Source of the DNA: the human T2T-CHM13v2.0 reference genome, Homo sapiens
Length of the DNA stretch: 64,000 nucleotides
NCBI GenBank assembly: GCA_009914755.4
Contig: CP068257.2
Coordinates: forward strand, 43,424,001-43,488,000
Reading direction: 5' to 3'
Each line of letters opens with the position of its first letter. The stretch's first letter is position 1. Of this stretch, positions 39,442 through 54,711 are shown one piece after another. The notes below the pieces were generated by a model. That model made no database searches and had not been told where the DNA came from. It saw only the letters and a list, made by a program, of their open reading frames with translations. Both the position numbers and the translations under genes were made by a program.

Positions 39442-40179
39442 CAGCTGTACCCTGGCCCAACCCCTGCCCACGGCTGTTAACGATCAGCCTCGGGGAGCAG
39501 GTGTGCCGCCACGCGCGCCGTAGCGCTCCGGAGCTGGCTCTGCGCTCACGTGCTCGCTGTGCCCTGCGCGCGGGCGGGCCGTGTCCCCGCAGCCCCGCGC
39601 CTGGCGCTGCCAAGCTGCCCAGCGGGCTTTAGCAGGTGCTGAAATGCCCGCTGCCAGTCGCCGAGTGCTGGGTGCAGAGGATCTCTCCAGACACCTAGGC
39701 TCCCTTCTTTCGCGGCACGTGGGAAAAACTCCTGAAGTGCGTGCACAGAGTTTTTGTTTTAGAGGCTTTGACGTTATGATTAAGTATACCTGTGATGTAA
39801 CGAAAACCTTTTTTAATGCTTCTCAAAAGATTTGCTAGCGTTTAACATTTACCTCCTGTACTGGAGTTTAAAGGAAGCGTTGCTTCTTAAGTAATCAGTG
39901 ATCCTTTTGCTTTTGGAAATTGTAATGAACTTCACCATCGTAGAGCTTTAATATTTCTTTCCTGAAGCAGAAAGCATGTGAAATTTTCTGGATAGTGTAT
40001 ACTTAATACGCAAGCTTTTGGAGTTTTTGAATGCTGGGTATGTTAGCACACCAGTCTTGCTGACTATTACGTGGGAGATGAGTGCTGCTTAAAATTGTGT
40101 AAGGGGTCAGTAGTTACAGTGGTGGACATACTTTTGCCAGACATGGTTTATTTTAAAGTGAACATATTTTGTGCTTATT

Positions 40180-40487
<308 letters not shown>

Positions 40488-41535
40488 TAATTCTAAATCA
40501 GAATTTCTATAATTATCTTCCTTACCTTGGTGTCTGTCTGTTATCAGCACAAGGGTTTAAAATAATTTTTGATTTCTTGGAAGTAATTACGCAGGCAGTT
40601 CAATGGGAGAAGGCACTTTCCTCAGCACATTTGGGGTGCTGTTGTCAGAAAGAAGGGGATGGATTCAAGTCAGCAAAACCAGCTGTAACCACAACTATAT
40701 TTTTTAAACATGTAGCTGCATGTTCCATAAAACAGCATATAAAAAATAGAGTGAGCATTCTTTATTGGAGAAATAGCTGATTCTAGGACTGGGCAGGAAA
40801 TAACACAAGTGCCAGGAATGCCAAGGAAATGGCAAGGAAATGCCGAGAAACAAACATAACCACACCCACATCAATGGGTGGTGTCAAAGGGACCCAGGAG
40901 CCAACTGAAAGAGCTCCCAGTGGCCAAAGCTGGAACAGTTTCTACAACAAAACAAAGTAGTATTGGATTATAGCCCAGAGATAAATAAATATCCATGAGT
41001 CCAGACTGACATAAATAAATGACTGATAAATGAGGAGAAAAGACAAAGCTCCTTTTCCAGCACAATTCCAGATCATCTCTGCATCTGCTGTATCTGCTGT
41101 GTCTTCCAGGAGGTGGAGCACAACCCTTACCCCAAGGCAAGGGCTGTGCAGAGCAACTTCCTTCCAGAGAGGACAGCATGGAAGTGGGGCGGGGGGCTCA
41201 ACCCAGCAGGGGCCAGGTCAGCCTCACAGTGGTCAGTCACGGTGACAGGGTGTGCCTGATACAGTGGAGTGACAGTGGGCCTTCACCTCTGGGGGCTTCA
41301 TCCCCAAACTCAGTCCCTTCCTGTACCATGAGAAAAACATCAGACAGATCCCAGCTGAGGGACAGCTTCCTCAACAGTCAAAAACCAAGAAGAGTCTGAG
41401 AAACTCACAGCCAAGAGGGGCCTAGGGAGCCATGACATCTCAATGTCACGTGGGATCCTGGACGACTGAATCTGACGAAAGTGTGGATTTCAGTTAATAA
41501 CAATGTGTTAATTAATACTGGTCCGTTAAACCAGC

Positions 41536-41978
41536 AGTCCTCAACCTTTTTGGCACCAGGGACTGGTGACAATTTTTCCATGGGCCGAGGTGGGGGCTGG
41601 GAGAATGGTTTGGGGATGATTCCAGCGCATTACATTTATTGTGCATTTTCTTTCCATGATTACATTGTAATATATAATGAAATAATCATACAACTCAGCA
41701 TCATGTAGAATCAGTGGGAGCCCTGAGCTTGTTTTCCTGCAACTAGATGGTCCCATCGGGGGTAAGGGGAGACAGTGGCAGATCATCAGACATTGGATTC
41801 TTATAAGGAATGTGCAACCTAGACCCCTCACATGCGCAGTTCACAATAGGGTTCCAGTCCTGTGAGAATCTAATGCTGCCACTGATCTGACAGAATCAGT
41901 GCAAGAACTGATTCTCTGAAGCCCAGTTCCTAACAGGTCATGGACTGTTACTTGTCCATGGCCCAGGGGTTGGGACTC
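41536..41978. mobile_element. TcMar-Tigger-like (MER-type) non-autonomous DNA transposon with terminal inverted repeats
   Basis: 5' end 'cagtcctcaacctttttggcaccagggactggtgacaatttttccatgggcc' and 3' end 'gtccatggcccaggggttgggactcctg' are mutual reverse complements (cag(g)agtcc(c)caacc), the typical Tigger/MER TIR; internal 'cattggattcttataaggaatgtgcaacctagacccctcacatgcgcagttcacaatagggttc...gagaatctaatgctgccactgatctgacag' matches the remembered family. Confidence 0.65.
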
Positions 41979-43247
41979 CTGTATTAAACCGTGCTCATGT
42001 AAGATCTTAATAATAGAAAATGGGTGTGGGGTCTGTGGGGCCTTTCTGTCACATCTGCTCAATTTTTCTTCAAATCTAAAATTGTTCTAAAAATAACGTT
42101 TACTTTAAAAATAAGTGTTTTTTCAAAAACACTTTTTTGTGTCCTTATCTTCTGCTCCAAATAAATAATTATCCTGACTTTTGTGTAAGTGGTTCCACTA
42201 GTTTTCTTTGATTTCTTAACTCTGTCTGTTACCCTTACACAGTATATCCTTTGGTTTTGAAAACCGAGTAGTCAGGGCACACTTATCGAACCAGGCCCCA
42301 GGGGTCAGTGACGGTTGATCTCCAAGGGGTTCACTTTTGGGGAGGGGGGTCCCTCCTGGAGCAGTGCGTTCAGCTAGCTCGTATACTTTTTCACAAGTGT
42401 GTTCTGTTCCCTTCAGCGGGGTAGGCCTGCTACCCTCTCCTTCCACTTGGGCTTCCCCTTTCTTGTCTGTCTCCTTGTGCCTGGCAGCCTTGGGTATCTG
42501 TGATATGGCTGTGGTTAGTTTTGGTGCAGTGGGATATATTTATGTGCTGCAGTCACTTCTGTGAAGAGTTAGGTGCTGTCCGGGTGCTGTCAGCTTGGAT
42601 TCCGGAGTTGTCCTGTGCAGTGGAGGCTGTAAAGGAGCATTGTCAGGGAAGAGAGGCTGTTGCTACTGTACCCATTTGACTGGGGACTCCTGGGATAGAG
42701 TGAGTTCCAAGAAAGAGCAGGGAAGAATTGGGTCAGTGGAGACACAGTGGGGGTCAGGGCATGGACAGGCCGTGCTGCAGCTTGGAGATACAAAGAATGA
42801 GGGACGAACCCAGAACTGGAGGTGTTTCTCAAGAACAGAATCTTCAAAGGTTGAGATGAAACTCCCATCATACTTACTAGCAATAACCTCTAGCAAAGTT
42901 GAGGTGGTCTGTTTTGGCTAAATAAAATGGACATAGCATTGCTGGGCCCCTGTGAAGGGCTGGAAGCAGGGAAATGTCAGCAGTGGCAAGCGTGCCCTCT
43001 GGGGAGTAGGGAATTTCCCTGGCGCTGGCAGGCAGCCCATGCTGCCGTAGATGTTTCCTGCTGTCCTGGGTGGCCTCACACAGAGCAGCTCCACACCTGC
43101 TCTTTGAAGTTTTCTTGGGGTGCCTGCTGGCTACAAGGGGTCTAGATGTTTATGACACTGATATAAAGTCTCTGTGCTTCCCTTGGGGAAATGCTCCCAA
43201 GTATGAAGCACCCAGGTTCTGAGAACAGAGTTGGATAAAAAGGTTGA

Positions 43248-43680
<433 letters not shown>

Positions 43681-45339
43681 GCTTCTTTGTATTTTAATAT
43701 TTGTGTATTTTATGATTTTCTAGAGAAGCATTGGTTTCATTTTGGCCTAAGTATGATACAAGAGGTGGAAGGCTGGTTTCTCTGTTTCCTTCAGCTGCTC
43801 CTGACTGGTCCTCATCTGTTCCTTCTCAGATCACAATTAACTGAATATATTTTAAAAGAGAAAACTCGTAAGTGCCCTAAGGAAATAAGGAATTATTTTG
43901 AACACTAAAGCTAAAAGCATTCTAACATTGTGTTGCTTTTATGTTCTTTACTAAATTTGCTTCATGCACACACACACATATATGAGTGTATTTCTCAGTA
44001 TGCAGATGATTTCAAGGACTGGCTTCCTTCGTGAAAACGTATTGTTGGTTGCAAGAAGATAGGGGACTGGAAACATGATTCGTCTGTCTGTAGAGGTGAA
44101 GTTCCAAGAAGCTCACCACTGTCCAGTCTTTATGCTTATGAACTTGTTGAGTGAGTTCTTTTTTTATAGTGTACCCATGTCTAGGAATTTTGGCTGAAAT
44201 CAGCTTCTTTGCTTTTTTAGGCTTTTTGCTAGTGATAGTGTTGTCTTTGTTCTGTAAAACAACTGTAAAGGAATACCAACAATCTAGTGCAGAAATTCTT
44301 CTGTAAGAACAAGCTACCCTGATGTCATGTCGTGTTTTAGGACTGTTTGCTTCTCAACCTGATGAAGTTGTTCTTAGCTGTTTGCTTTGTTTTCTCATCC
44401 ACAGCAGTATTCCTTTCTTTGTATCTTGAGCAGGCTTGTTAAATCCCGTGGGAGGCTTTTTTTTTTTTTATAGGTCCTTTCTCTACTTGGCTATGTTGCC
44501 TGCTGAGTTTAAAGCCTTTTTATGATATTTAACAAAGCCCTCTGTGTTCAGCGTGGGTTGTGGTTGTGTTTAATGTTTCAACCTAGACTCGTGTATTAAG
44601 TACAGATATCATCTGTCACTTAACTTAGCCTTGCTCTCAGTGTGTTTATCATCATGTCTCTAAGGCCATCCTAAATACGTGACCTGGAGAGAGAGGGGGT
44701 GGCTAGGCCAAATGCTGGGATGCCTGCACTCCGTTTCTTAGCCGTGAGTCTGTGCTTGGAAACCCACGAGAACTCTGGGGAGCCACAGGCCTTGGGGCTT
44801 TTAGCTGTCCCCCTTTTCTCTTACTCTCCGGATGAGTGACTTGGGAACTTCCGAGCAACTTAAAATATTTAGCTCACTTTACTTTAATAAACCATTTTTA
44901 GTGCTATCTATGATAGGGTCCTTCCAGTGGGAGGTACACAAATTTAACTTAACTATAGTTAAACAAGAGCCAGAAAGGTAAAGAAGGTATTGTTGAGAAC
45001 AAATACGGCTGGATGCACTTTTGGGGTGCAAATTTGTCTCTTCTCTGTGTCAGTTGTATCTCCCCAAAGCAAGGAATAAGTGCTGGAGTTGAGTGCGTCA
45101 GAGCAGGGCTTGTGGCAAGGCAGGAAGAGGCTGCACAAAGCACAGATGTGCAGTTTCATTAGTCAATATGGAGGAATCCTGAGGTACCCACTGGCTATGT
45201 TGAGTAAAGGAAAGAAAAAACAAAGGCATACCATGTGGAAAAGAAGAAATAAAACTACCTCTTTTGGGAGTATCTGGAAAACCCTAGAGCAGTCCTGTCC
45301 AGTAGAAATACAAAATTAATATGCAAACGTCAATGTTAT

Positions 45340-46330
<991 letters not shown>

Positions 46331-46700
46331 TAACAACTTTGCCTGACCAAAAACAAAACAGAAAAACACAATAAGGTCAAAAGACAAAAATACCAATTGT
46401 GTGAAAACCTTTGTAGCATATCATAAATGTTTTAAAAGTTGAGGGAGAAGAAACCCGAAATTCTAGGAAAATGGGAAAAAGGTATGAACAGACACATATG
46501 CACATATACACGTACATAAACATGGCCCATACACTTTACCAAGATACCATTTCTTACAGATGTGCAAATAATCAAAAGTCTCACTTGATAGCTATTTCTA
46601 ATAATGTTGCTATTTCTCATGTACGTGCTTAATTGGAAATGGTGTATTAAATAAAGGTGAAGAGGCAGTTGCCTTTTCAGCTTAAAAGAGCATTAAAGTT
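46331..46700 (+). mobile_element. Ancient L1 fragment, continuation after Alu
   Basis: 'aaaaaggtatgaacagacacatatgcaca...cttacagatgtgcaaataatcaaaagtctcacttgatagc' parallels L1 'aaaaagtgggcaaaggatatgaacagacacttttc...catcagagaaatgcaaatcaaaaccacaatgagatacc'. Confidence 0.5.
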
Positions 46701-47332
46701 TATGATTGTTAACTTCTAAATTTATTCTCAGTGTGCTTTGAAATAGACTTTATAACAAAAGCAGCACTAACTCTCCCTAGATTTCCTAGGAAGCAGGTAC
46801 CAAATTCTTATGCACCTGCATGCACAGGCTGCCAGGATGCCCCCGCTCTACTGTGGATTATTCTAGGCTGTTTCTCCTTCCTTCCAACCACCACACCCAC
46901 ATCCCTAAACCTAGGGGTTTAAATTTAGGTAACACACCTAGGGCTTGTTAAATTTAGGTAGTTTCCACACTTCGACCTTTTTTCTTAGGATGGCTCTGTA
47001 TTCATTATGGATTTCATAAGTCACATGGCTGGAAGGTACCTGATACAGATTAAACACAGAATTTAGTTAGGATAGCATTCTGTCTTTGAAGGCTGTGTGA
47101 TTGCAGCCCAGGCCAAGCCAGGCAGAAGTTGGGTCACTTGAGCAGGGCCCTGCAAACACACCTGAAGGAGGTGGCATTGCTAGGACTCTACTTTTGGGGC
47201 TGAATCAGCAGAGGCAAAAGGACTGAGTAAGTCCTTGCTGAGGATGGCACAGCTCTCAGCTACAGAGCTAGGACCAGACCAGGCTCTGGGGTTCATGCGG
47301 GAATCACCAGTCTGCGCTGCTGCCTCCTCCTG

Positions 47333-47552
47333 TATGCGTGTGTGTGTGCGCGCGTGTGCGTATATGTGTGTGCGCGCGTGTGCGTATATGTGTGTGCACG
47401 TGTTTGCGCGCGTGTGTGCGCGCTTGTGTGTATATGTGTGTGCGCGCGTGTGCGTATGTGTGTGCACTGTGCGCGCGTGTGCGCGCTTGTGCGTATATGT
47501 GTGTGCACGTGTGTGCGCGCGTGTGCGTATATGTGTGTGCACGTGTGTGTCC
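47333..47552. repeat. Alternating purine/pyrimidine minisatellite ((TG)n/(CG)n blocks, ~30-35-bp period)
   Basis: gtgtgtgtgcgcgcgtgtgcgtatatgtgtgtgcgcgcgtgtgcgtatatgtgtgtgcacgtgtttgcgcgcgtgtgtgcgcgcttgtgtgtatatgtgtgtgcgcgcg... read directly. Confidence 0.9.
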
Positions 47553-50500
47553 CCATGAGTCCTGTGGCACCACCGAGTTGTCATGAATGCTTTCGTTTAA
47601 CGAGTCAGGAGCAGTTTCCCATTTTGTAGGCTGTTTTTCTGTGACCTGGATTTTAATGGCTTGGTCAACAGGTGGAAAAGTATCCACCTTTCCTTATCAG
47701 TCTGGAGGCTGGTTGGTTTTTTCTGCGTCGCCTGCGTCACCACTTCCTGATGTCAGCGCACGGGGCTCTGCGCCCCCCCAGGACTGGAGGCTCCGTGTAG
47801 ATGGAGACTTTTGTTTTTGTCCCATCCTCCTGGCATGTAGAAGGCCCTCAAATACTTGTTGAAGAATAAATGGACGGGCTTTGGTATTTTATAACCTAGC
47901 AATGCACCTTTTGGTTGTTTCCAGGTTTACTATTAAAACCAACGTCTTGATGCCCCTCTTTCTGGATGCTTTTGGTGATAGAGAAGCCAAATCACGCTGG
48001 TTTTAAGCAAAAATCATGTATTTGCTCCTGAAATTTTCCTTTGAAAACTTTCTGTATGCGGTTGTACGTCAGTATGTGGTTTTCAGCCACACTGGGAGGC
48101 GCCTTTCTCTCTCTTTTTGTCGCTATAGACATTAGTGGAAAGCCACAAGTAGCGTGGGGGCTGCCTCTAGTCACGCTTCAGCTGCAAGTGCGGTGTGAGC
48201 ATCTATTTTTACCTCACAGTCCTCGCTCTGAAAAATTCTGACCACTTTTATTTTTAACATTCTGCTCTATTAGCTGGGTGCAGGGAGGAAGGAAGCTCAA
48301 ATTAGTCAGTTTACTTTGTATTTATTTTTACTTGACCTTTTCACTTCCACATTTTGAGAAGAAAATGTGAGACTCTTTCCTCTGCATAATTTTCTTCCTT
48401 GAGGAGAAACCATTTTCAGTCATGCTTGGAAAGAGGTGGAGATAACCTCAGGGTAGCATGTTTAGCGTTTTCCATTCACGAAACAAACCTTAAAATGTTC
48501 ATCTGTTTATTCTATGAAATAATTAGTTTCTTATTTCCCACGAATTTGAAAACCAGTACATTTCTGTGCCAAGTAATGGCTGTGTTTTCTTGACCATCCG
48601 GCAAGTCTCTACCTGGGTGTGGTGACTTGGGGACCGCGTTGTCAAAGAGCCAGTGAGGCGGGGGTGTGGAGAATTTGTTTGCCCTTTGTTTTTCACTTAC
48701 CTTTTTCTGCAGGAATTGAACTAAACAATTGCTACTGACAATGATGTATTTTAATTCCTAGGAGGTTAAACTCCTCACCTAGAACAGTTTGATTAATAAA
48801 CCTAATCTATTTAAGCATGTGTCAATCCTTTTGGAAATTGTAATATTCAAGGACTTGCTAGCATTTATGGCTCTTTAAATATTTCTAGTTATAGTTGCTG
48901 TCAGGATTCATTTATTTTGATTGGGTAATTAGTTTTTTACCATTATTTTAAAAACTAATAAACATTTTAATCAGATCTCATGGACAGAAAGCCAAGATTC
49001 TTGTGCTGCTTCCTAAATGCAGTGGGCGCATCTCTGTCAGTTTTTACCTGCTGGAAGGTACTCCTGAGTGCTGTGCTGAGCTCTGCCCATCTGTCCATCC
49101 TCTTGGGACACTCATCCCTTTCCCATTCTCTGCTCTGTGAGGGGATGGTGCTAGTGAGAGCTCAGGTCGAGAGGGCTGGGGTGCTCCTTCGTCTCTCAGC
49201 TCATCAGCAGTGACTTGGAAGACAATCAGGATCTACCTGTGTTGTTGAGAAGCGTTACGCAAGCAGGAAAGCGCACAAGAGGAAGGCGCAGCTGAGTGAA
49301 GCATTGCAGAGCCCGCCAGGCTGTGCCTTCCACCCAGGCCAGCACACGGAGCGCTGCAGTCCCTGAAGGCTTCCTCAGGCTCCTCCTGTTGGCGTGGGTG
49401 CCTGCCACTGACCTCTGTGGGTGACAGGTTTGTCACTGGAGCTTGTATCCTGCAACCTGTTTGTTTGGGCGTGCCTGTTTGTTTGTTTTTAACGTTTTAA
49501 TAAACTTTATTTTTTAGAGCAGTTTTATATTTACAGCAAAATTGAGGGACAGGTACAAAGATTTCCCGTATGCCCCCTGCCCCCACACAGGCACAGCCTC
49601 CCCCATTATCAACATCCGTATCCGGAGCCGTGTATTTGTTACAGTTGATGACCCCATGTTGACACCTCATTACCCAGAGTTCATGGTTTCCATGAGGGTG
49701 CACTCTTAGTGTTGGACGTTCTGTGGGTTTGTACACATTTATGACGATATGGATCCATCCTTACAGTATGCAGAATTGTTTCATTGCCCTTAAAGTCCTA
49801 TGCTTAGCCTATTTTTTAACTATATAAATGCAGTCAAAGGATGTGTTTTTGTGTGTTTTCTTTTGTTCAGTATTACATGTGTGATGAGACTTGCCTGTGT
49901 TGTTGCCTGTTCGTTTTTACTGCTGTACATAGTACTCTGCTGTTTGACCATATCATATATTCATTCTGCTGACGATGGATAGTTAGACGGTTTCCAGTTT
50001 GGGGCCATTATAAGCAAAACTGCTCTGACCATACTGATACATGTGTTTTGGTAAAGAAGCACAGGTGTTGCTGGGGTGGATGGGCTGGCTGTGAGCACAC
50101 GCACTTCAGCGTGAGTGGGTGATGCTGGCATGGTGCCTGGTTGGGCACTCAACTGCCTGCTTTCACCACACTCCCCATGTGGCATCAACTGCTTTGGAAG
50201 TTTCTGTCTTCTTAATTTTTACCATTCTGGGCAGGTGTGTGTGGTATTTTTCTGTAGTTTTGATTCTCATGGACCTGCTTACTAGTGAGATTGAGCTTTT
50301 GTTACATTTCATGGAATTCTGGACTCTCTGAGATGCCTCCCAAAGTGCCCAGCTACAGCCTCTGTCATCAGGGAAGGAGCAGGTATGGGAATGGTGTCTC
50401 TGCACACCTCATGTCTTGCCTACATCCTTCTTCAAGAAAATACTGGTTTTCCCCCTGAAAATGATAGAAATTGACTCATCATTTTTGAGTCTAGCTCAGG

Positions 50501-51340
50501 TGTCTTTTCTGGAATTGCCTTTTTTATTCGGTGTAAAGAGGCACAGGGACTTCATATCTGCTATAGATGAGTGAAGGTTGCCTAGACATGCACACAAGGC
50601 CCTTGGTGGACTTCCCCTATCCCTGGGGCTCCTCATAACCCTTCCCTCTTCTCTTCCCTGGACTTTCTGGGCTGGGGCCAGGGCTTGGGGTCGGGGGTGA
50701 GCCTTCCTCTCGGTGTGTATCTCTGTGTAGAGTTGCATGGTGAGATTCGGCTTCTGTTCTAAATGCAGTTGGGTGGAAATAAAGCAGGGATGGTCCTGAG
50801 TCACCCACATTCCTCTTGGTCAGTCTGCCCTGGTGTGAGGAGCTGGCAGCCTCTGCAGACCTTTGGTCCCACTTCCCATTTGGGGGATGTAGGCTTGTGT
50901 TATAAAATAGGTGAACATGTGATTTACTGATTTACTGCTTGAACAGGGACACTTTTGAGAGTGAAAGGGCCTGCAATTATTAATGACCCCAAGATGACAT
51001 GTGATAACGAGGAAGTTCTGGGGAGATCAGGTCATGATCCCCAGAGTTATGATCTCAAAGATGGAGAGTGTCATAGGGAGGATGCCCCTCTGTGAGTTGT
51101 GAGGGGCCACGTGTGTCCTGTGTACACAGGCCCTAAGGGGTGCTGGGGCCATGTGGGTAGTCATAGGAAGATGGCTGGAGTTGGGAGGCAGAATGTTTAA
51201 GTATTTCACTCATTGACTAAACTTAGTTGAGTTTTATTTGTCTGTGAAAAGGGAAATCTACTTGCCTTGCTTGCACGCCTTTCCTAGGGATATTTTGGGG
51301 ACTAAAATGTGATAGTGAATTTTAAAATATTGGTTGAAAT

Positions 51341-51758
<418 letters not shown>

Positions 51759-53455
51759 TTACTCTGAACTCTCTCCTTGTCTGTTTTTTAAAGCATCCTG
51801 AAAGGGAGTGTCTGTACAGCGTCACCTGTTAACAGCCACTAGGAAGCTGCCCTGAGAGTTGGACCTGGCCGAGCTCTCTGATACTTGAGCAGCCCTGCCC
51901 AGAGGAGCCTGTGCAGCACATGAGGGTTCTTCAGTATTGGTCGGTGTTTCGGGAGCCCTTACAATGAATGAACACAGCTGCAGCCCAGTGACCCCTCTTG
52001 GACAAGTGCGGAGATCAGTTTTAGCTCAGCTGCTTTCTGAATGTTTCAGATATTTCAAACTGGAAGTCACAAGTAGCTTTTACTTTTGCAAGCAGTCTGC
52101 TGTTATGAATAGCACGTATAAGAAAATTTATAATTCAGTTAGTTAAAAATATGTTTGAGCACCTGTTAAAGCACCAGAATTCTTTTATAAATTGAGGAAA
52201 GCCATGCCATCTAACACATATGCGGCATTAAGTGTTCTTTTAATAAATATTATGCTTAGTAGACATACTCTACATACCAATCAGAGGTTGCCATCCTAAA
52301 CCAAAACTACATATCCAGCACATTCTGATATTAGGCGGTGGCTTACACCAGGGAAGGCTTGGAGGTTGTTTTGGCTCCTACCCTTTAAAAGGCTTACCAG
52401 CTTTTAGATGGAGTCATAGATAAGACATGGATAGTAACAGAAAGGAAGCATGGCTTATCAGCTGTGTCAAGTCCGGACACATGTATCCCCATTCACATTG
52501 CTGAACTCAGGAAGATATCCAAGCACCATTGTGACATACTTGTCCACAGAGACCGCAGATAACCCCAGCACCCTCTCAGAGTGGTGCCTTGGTGTTTTTG
52601 TTCATAAAGCCTTGATGCTCAGGCCCATCCGTCATCCCGGGCAGGTGCGTAGCCTGTGTGGTGGATGCCAGGGTCAGGGGAGGGCTTTGCTTTTGCAGAG
52701 TCTCGAGGCTTAGGCTGAATGTGTTTTTAAAGGTCCGACTATACTGAAACAAACATTAAAAAATATTCAACATCACTTAATTTTTATTGCTTAAGAGCTT
52801 ATCTGGCTCTCCCATTGGCTCAGTAATTTGGTTGCTATTAATAACGTTGTTGAGGTTGTCATCGTCACCTTAACATTGTCATCATCACCTCCAGTAATAG
52901 CTAACATTTATTGAGTTCTTCCTCCATGCAGGAACTGTGCTGAGTTCTTTTTCTGCATTATTTTATTCAGCCTTTGCTGCAGCCATCTGCAGCAGGCACT
53001 GTTACTAACCTTCTCCTGCCAGAGGGAACGCTTGAGATGCTGCAGGGTGACAGTAGCCTCAGAGCCAGGGGGCTGCATTGCTGGATCTTCAAGCAGGCAA
53101 ACTGCCAACTCTGTGTTCATAATCCTGGTCATGGGCTCGCACTGACCTGTAGAGAGCTGGATATGGGGAATGGATTGGAGAGCTTTTATTTGAAACAACA
53201 GCAAAGTGGCATGATCTTTTGGGAATACACTTTTTCAAGTCATGTATCCACTCACAGACAGGCTTTGTGAGCCTCTTGCTTTGTTAAGGGCCCAGGGAAG
53301 ATTTAAGGCGACCAAACTTCCAGTGACAAACAATATTTGAAATTAGTCTATTCCTTTACCCCAGAAATGCAGAAATACATGGTTTTGGATGTTTGACCTC
53401 ATTGGTTGGTGGGCATGAGGAGGTGGTCTGCTTTGGTGCCAATGACCGTCTGTGA

Positions 53456-53584
53456 GTCACAGAGTGAGTGAATGCTGAGCCGCTGTGATGGGAAAGCTCT
53501 CTGCTGAGTTGGTTCAGTCTGGGTCACAGAGTGAGTGAATGCTGGGCCGCTGTGATGGGAAAGCTGTCTGCTGAATTGGTTCAG
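53456..53584. repeat. Tandem duplication, 2 x ~62 bp (67-bp period)
   Basis: gtcacagagtgagtgaatgctg(a/g)gccgctgtgatgggaaagct(c/g)tctgctga(g/a)ttggttcag occurs twice. Confidence 0.9.
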
Positions 53585-54711
53585 CAGTGCACCTGCTTCC
53601 TCACGGGGCATTAGCCGGTCAGGGCGATGTCTCTGGATCACTCAACTTGTCCCTGACAGAGCAAGGAATAAGAAACCCAGTTAGATTGTCTGTATCATCA
53701 GATGCCATTTACATCCCAGTCAAATTAGCAGCCAGATCACTGATTTCTTATAGGTATACATCTTTTGACTTCAGCATAATCTCTTCCCCTTTTTCTGCAT
53801 CCTTGGGTTTTAAAGGATGTTTACTATGTAAATGTTTAACATGTTTACTATTTAAACTTAATAGTTGAGGTAGCTTTTAAAATTTGTGTCCATTAAACCC
53901 AAGGACTCTTGCAGAAGTCGTATGGTTTTTCTTCTTTCATCTATAATGCATGTAAGGAATTATTCACTTGCTCTAAAGTTCAAATGTGTGAGTTTCTGGT
54001 GCTGTTACATAACACGTGGTATTGTGGGTCAAGGGGAGTTAGTGTCTCACCTAAAATCTGGGGCCATGATGTCACCACATTAAATAGTAGGGATGTTTGC
54101 TCATCTTTTAAGGGTATTTCTTCCCCCTGCAAAGCAAAATGCTGAAGAGATACATATTTGTTAATTAACTGATTTCACCCTCGTCATCCATCCTCTTTCC
54201 ATAAGGAACTGTATGTTGCATTCTTGCTGAGTGCAGACTAAGTCCTTTGTGCAAGGTTGGGTCATCCTGGGGTGAAAAGGTAAGTGCTTTCGGGGATGCT
54301 GATTAAGGTGGTATCTGCTGTGCCTCTCTCAGTGTCCCCAGGGCGAAATTCCTCAGGTTACAGTGGCAGGAACAGCTGCTTGAGCTCATTTTTGTCTTCT
54401 GAACAGGATCAGTCTTGGAATTGGCCTTTTCTCCATCTTCAGCCCCAGGGTGGGGCTGGCCTGGGTAGGGCCTGCGCCTGTGCTTGCTGCGCAGCAGCAC
54501 CCCTGCGTGCCTTCCCTTGCCTCGGCTGCTAAGTCTTTGGAGAAAACTCTACATTGCCAAGCTTCTTCTGAAAGATTTAATTTTTTATTTAGAAACAGTA
54601 TGCTTATTACAGACTGTGCAGACTTTGCAGAAATGCAAAACTAGGAAGAGACATATTAGTCCCTTTGCATAGAAGCAACTTTTGTTATTATTTTGTATGT
54701 TTCCTTTGTAT

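Larger units (their letters stand above)
39040..39740. promoter_or_regulatory. CpG island; candidate bidirectional promoter
   Basis: High GC/CpG density (e.g. cgcggcggcggccgctgccgggag, ccacgcgcgccgtagcgctccggagctggctctgcgctcacgtgctcgctgtgccctgcgcgcgggcgggccgtgtccccgcagccccgcgcc), bounded by AT-rich sequence. Confidence 0.75.

Noticed and set aside
38844-39471. ORFs of 120 aa (+) and 148 aa (-) spanning the second CpG island
   Set aside because: Gly/Ala/Arg/Pro-rich and lack a start in good context. Considered composition artefacts, unlike the short ORFs at 39096-39441 which have Kozak/secretory-peptide features (still low confidence).
47180-47687. ORFs encoding His/Thr/Arg/Ala or Cys/Val/Arg/Ala repeat 'proteins'
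   Set aside because: Direct translations of the (TG)n/(CG)n alternating minisatellite on both strands. Compositional artefact.
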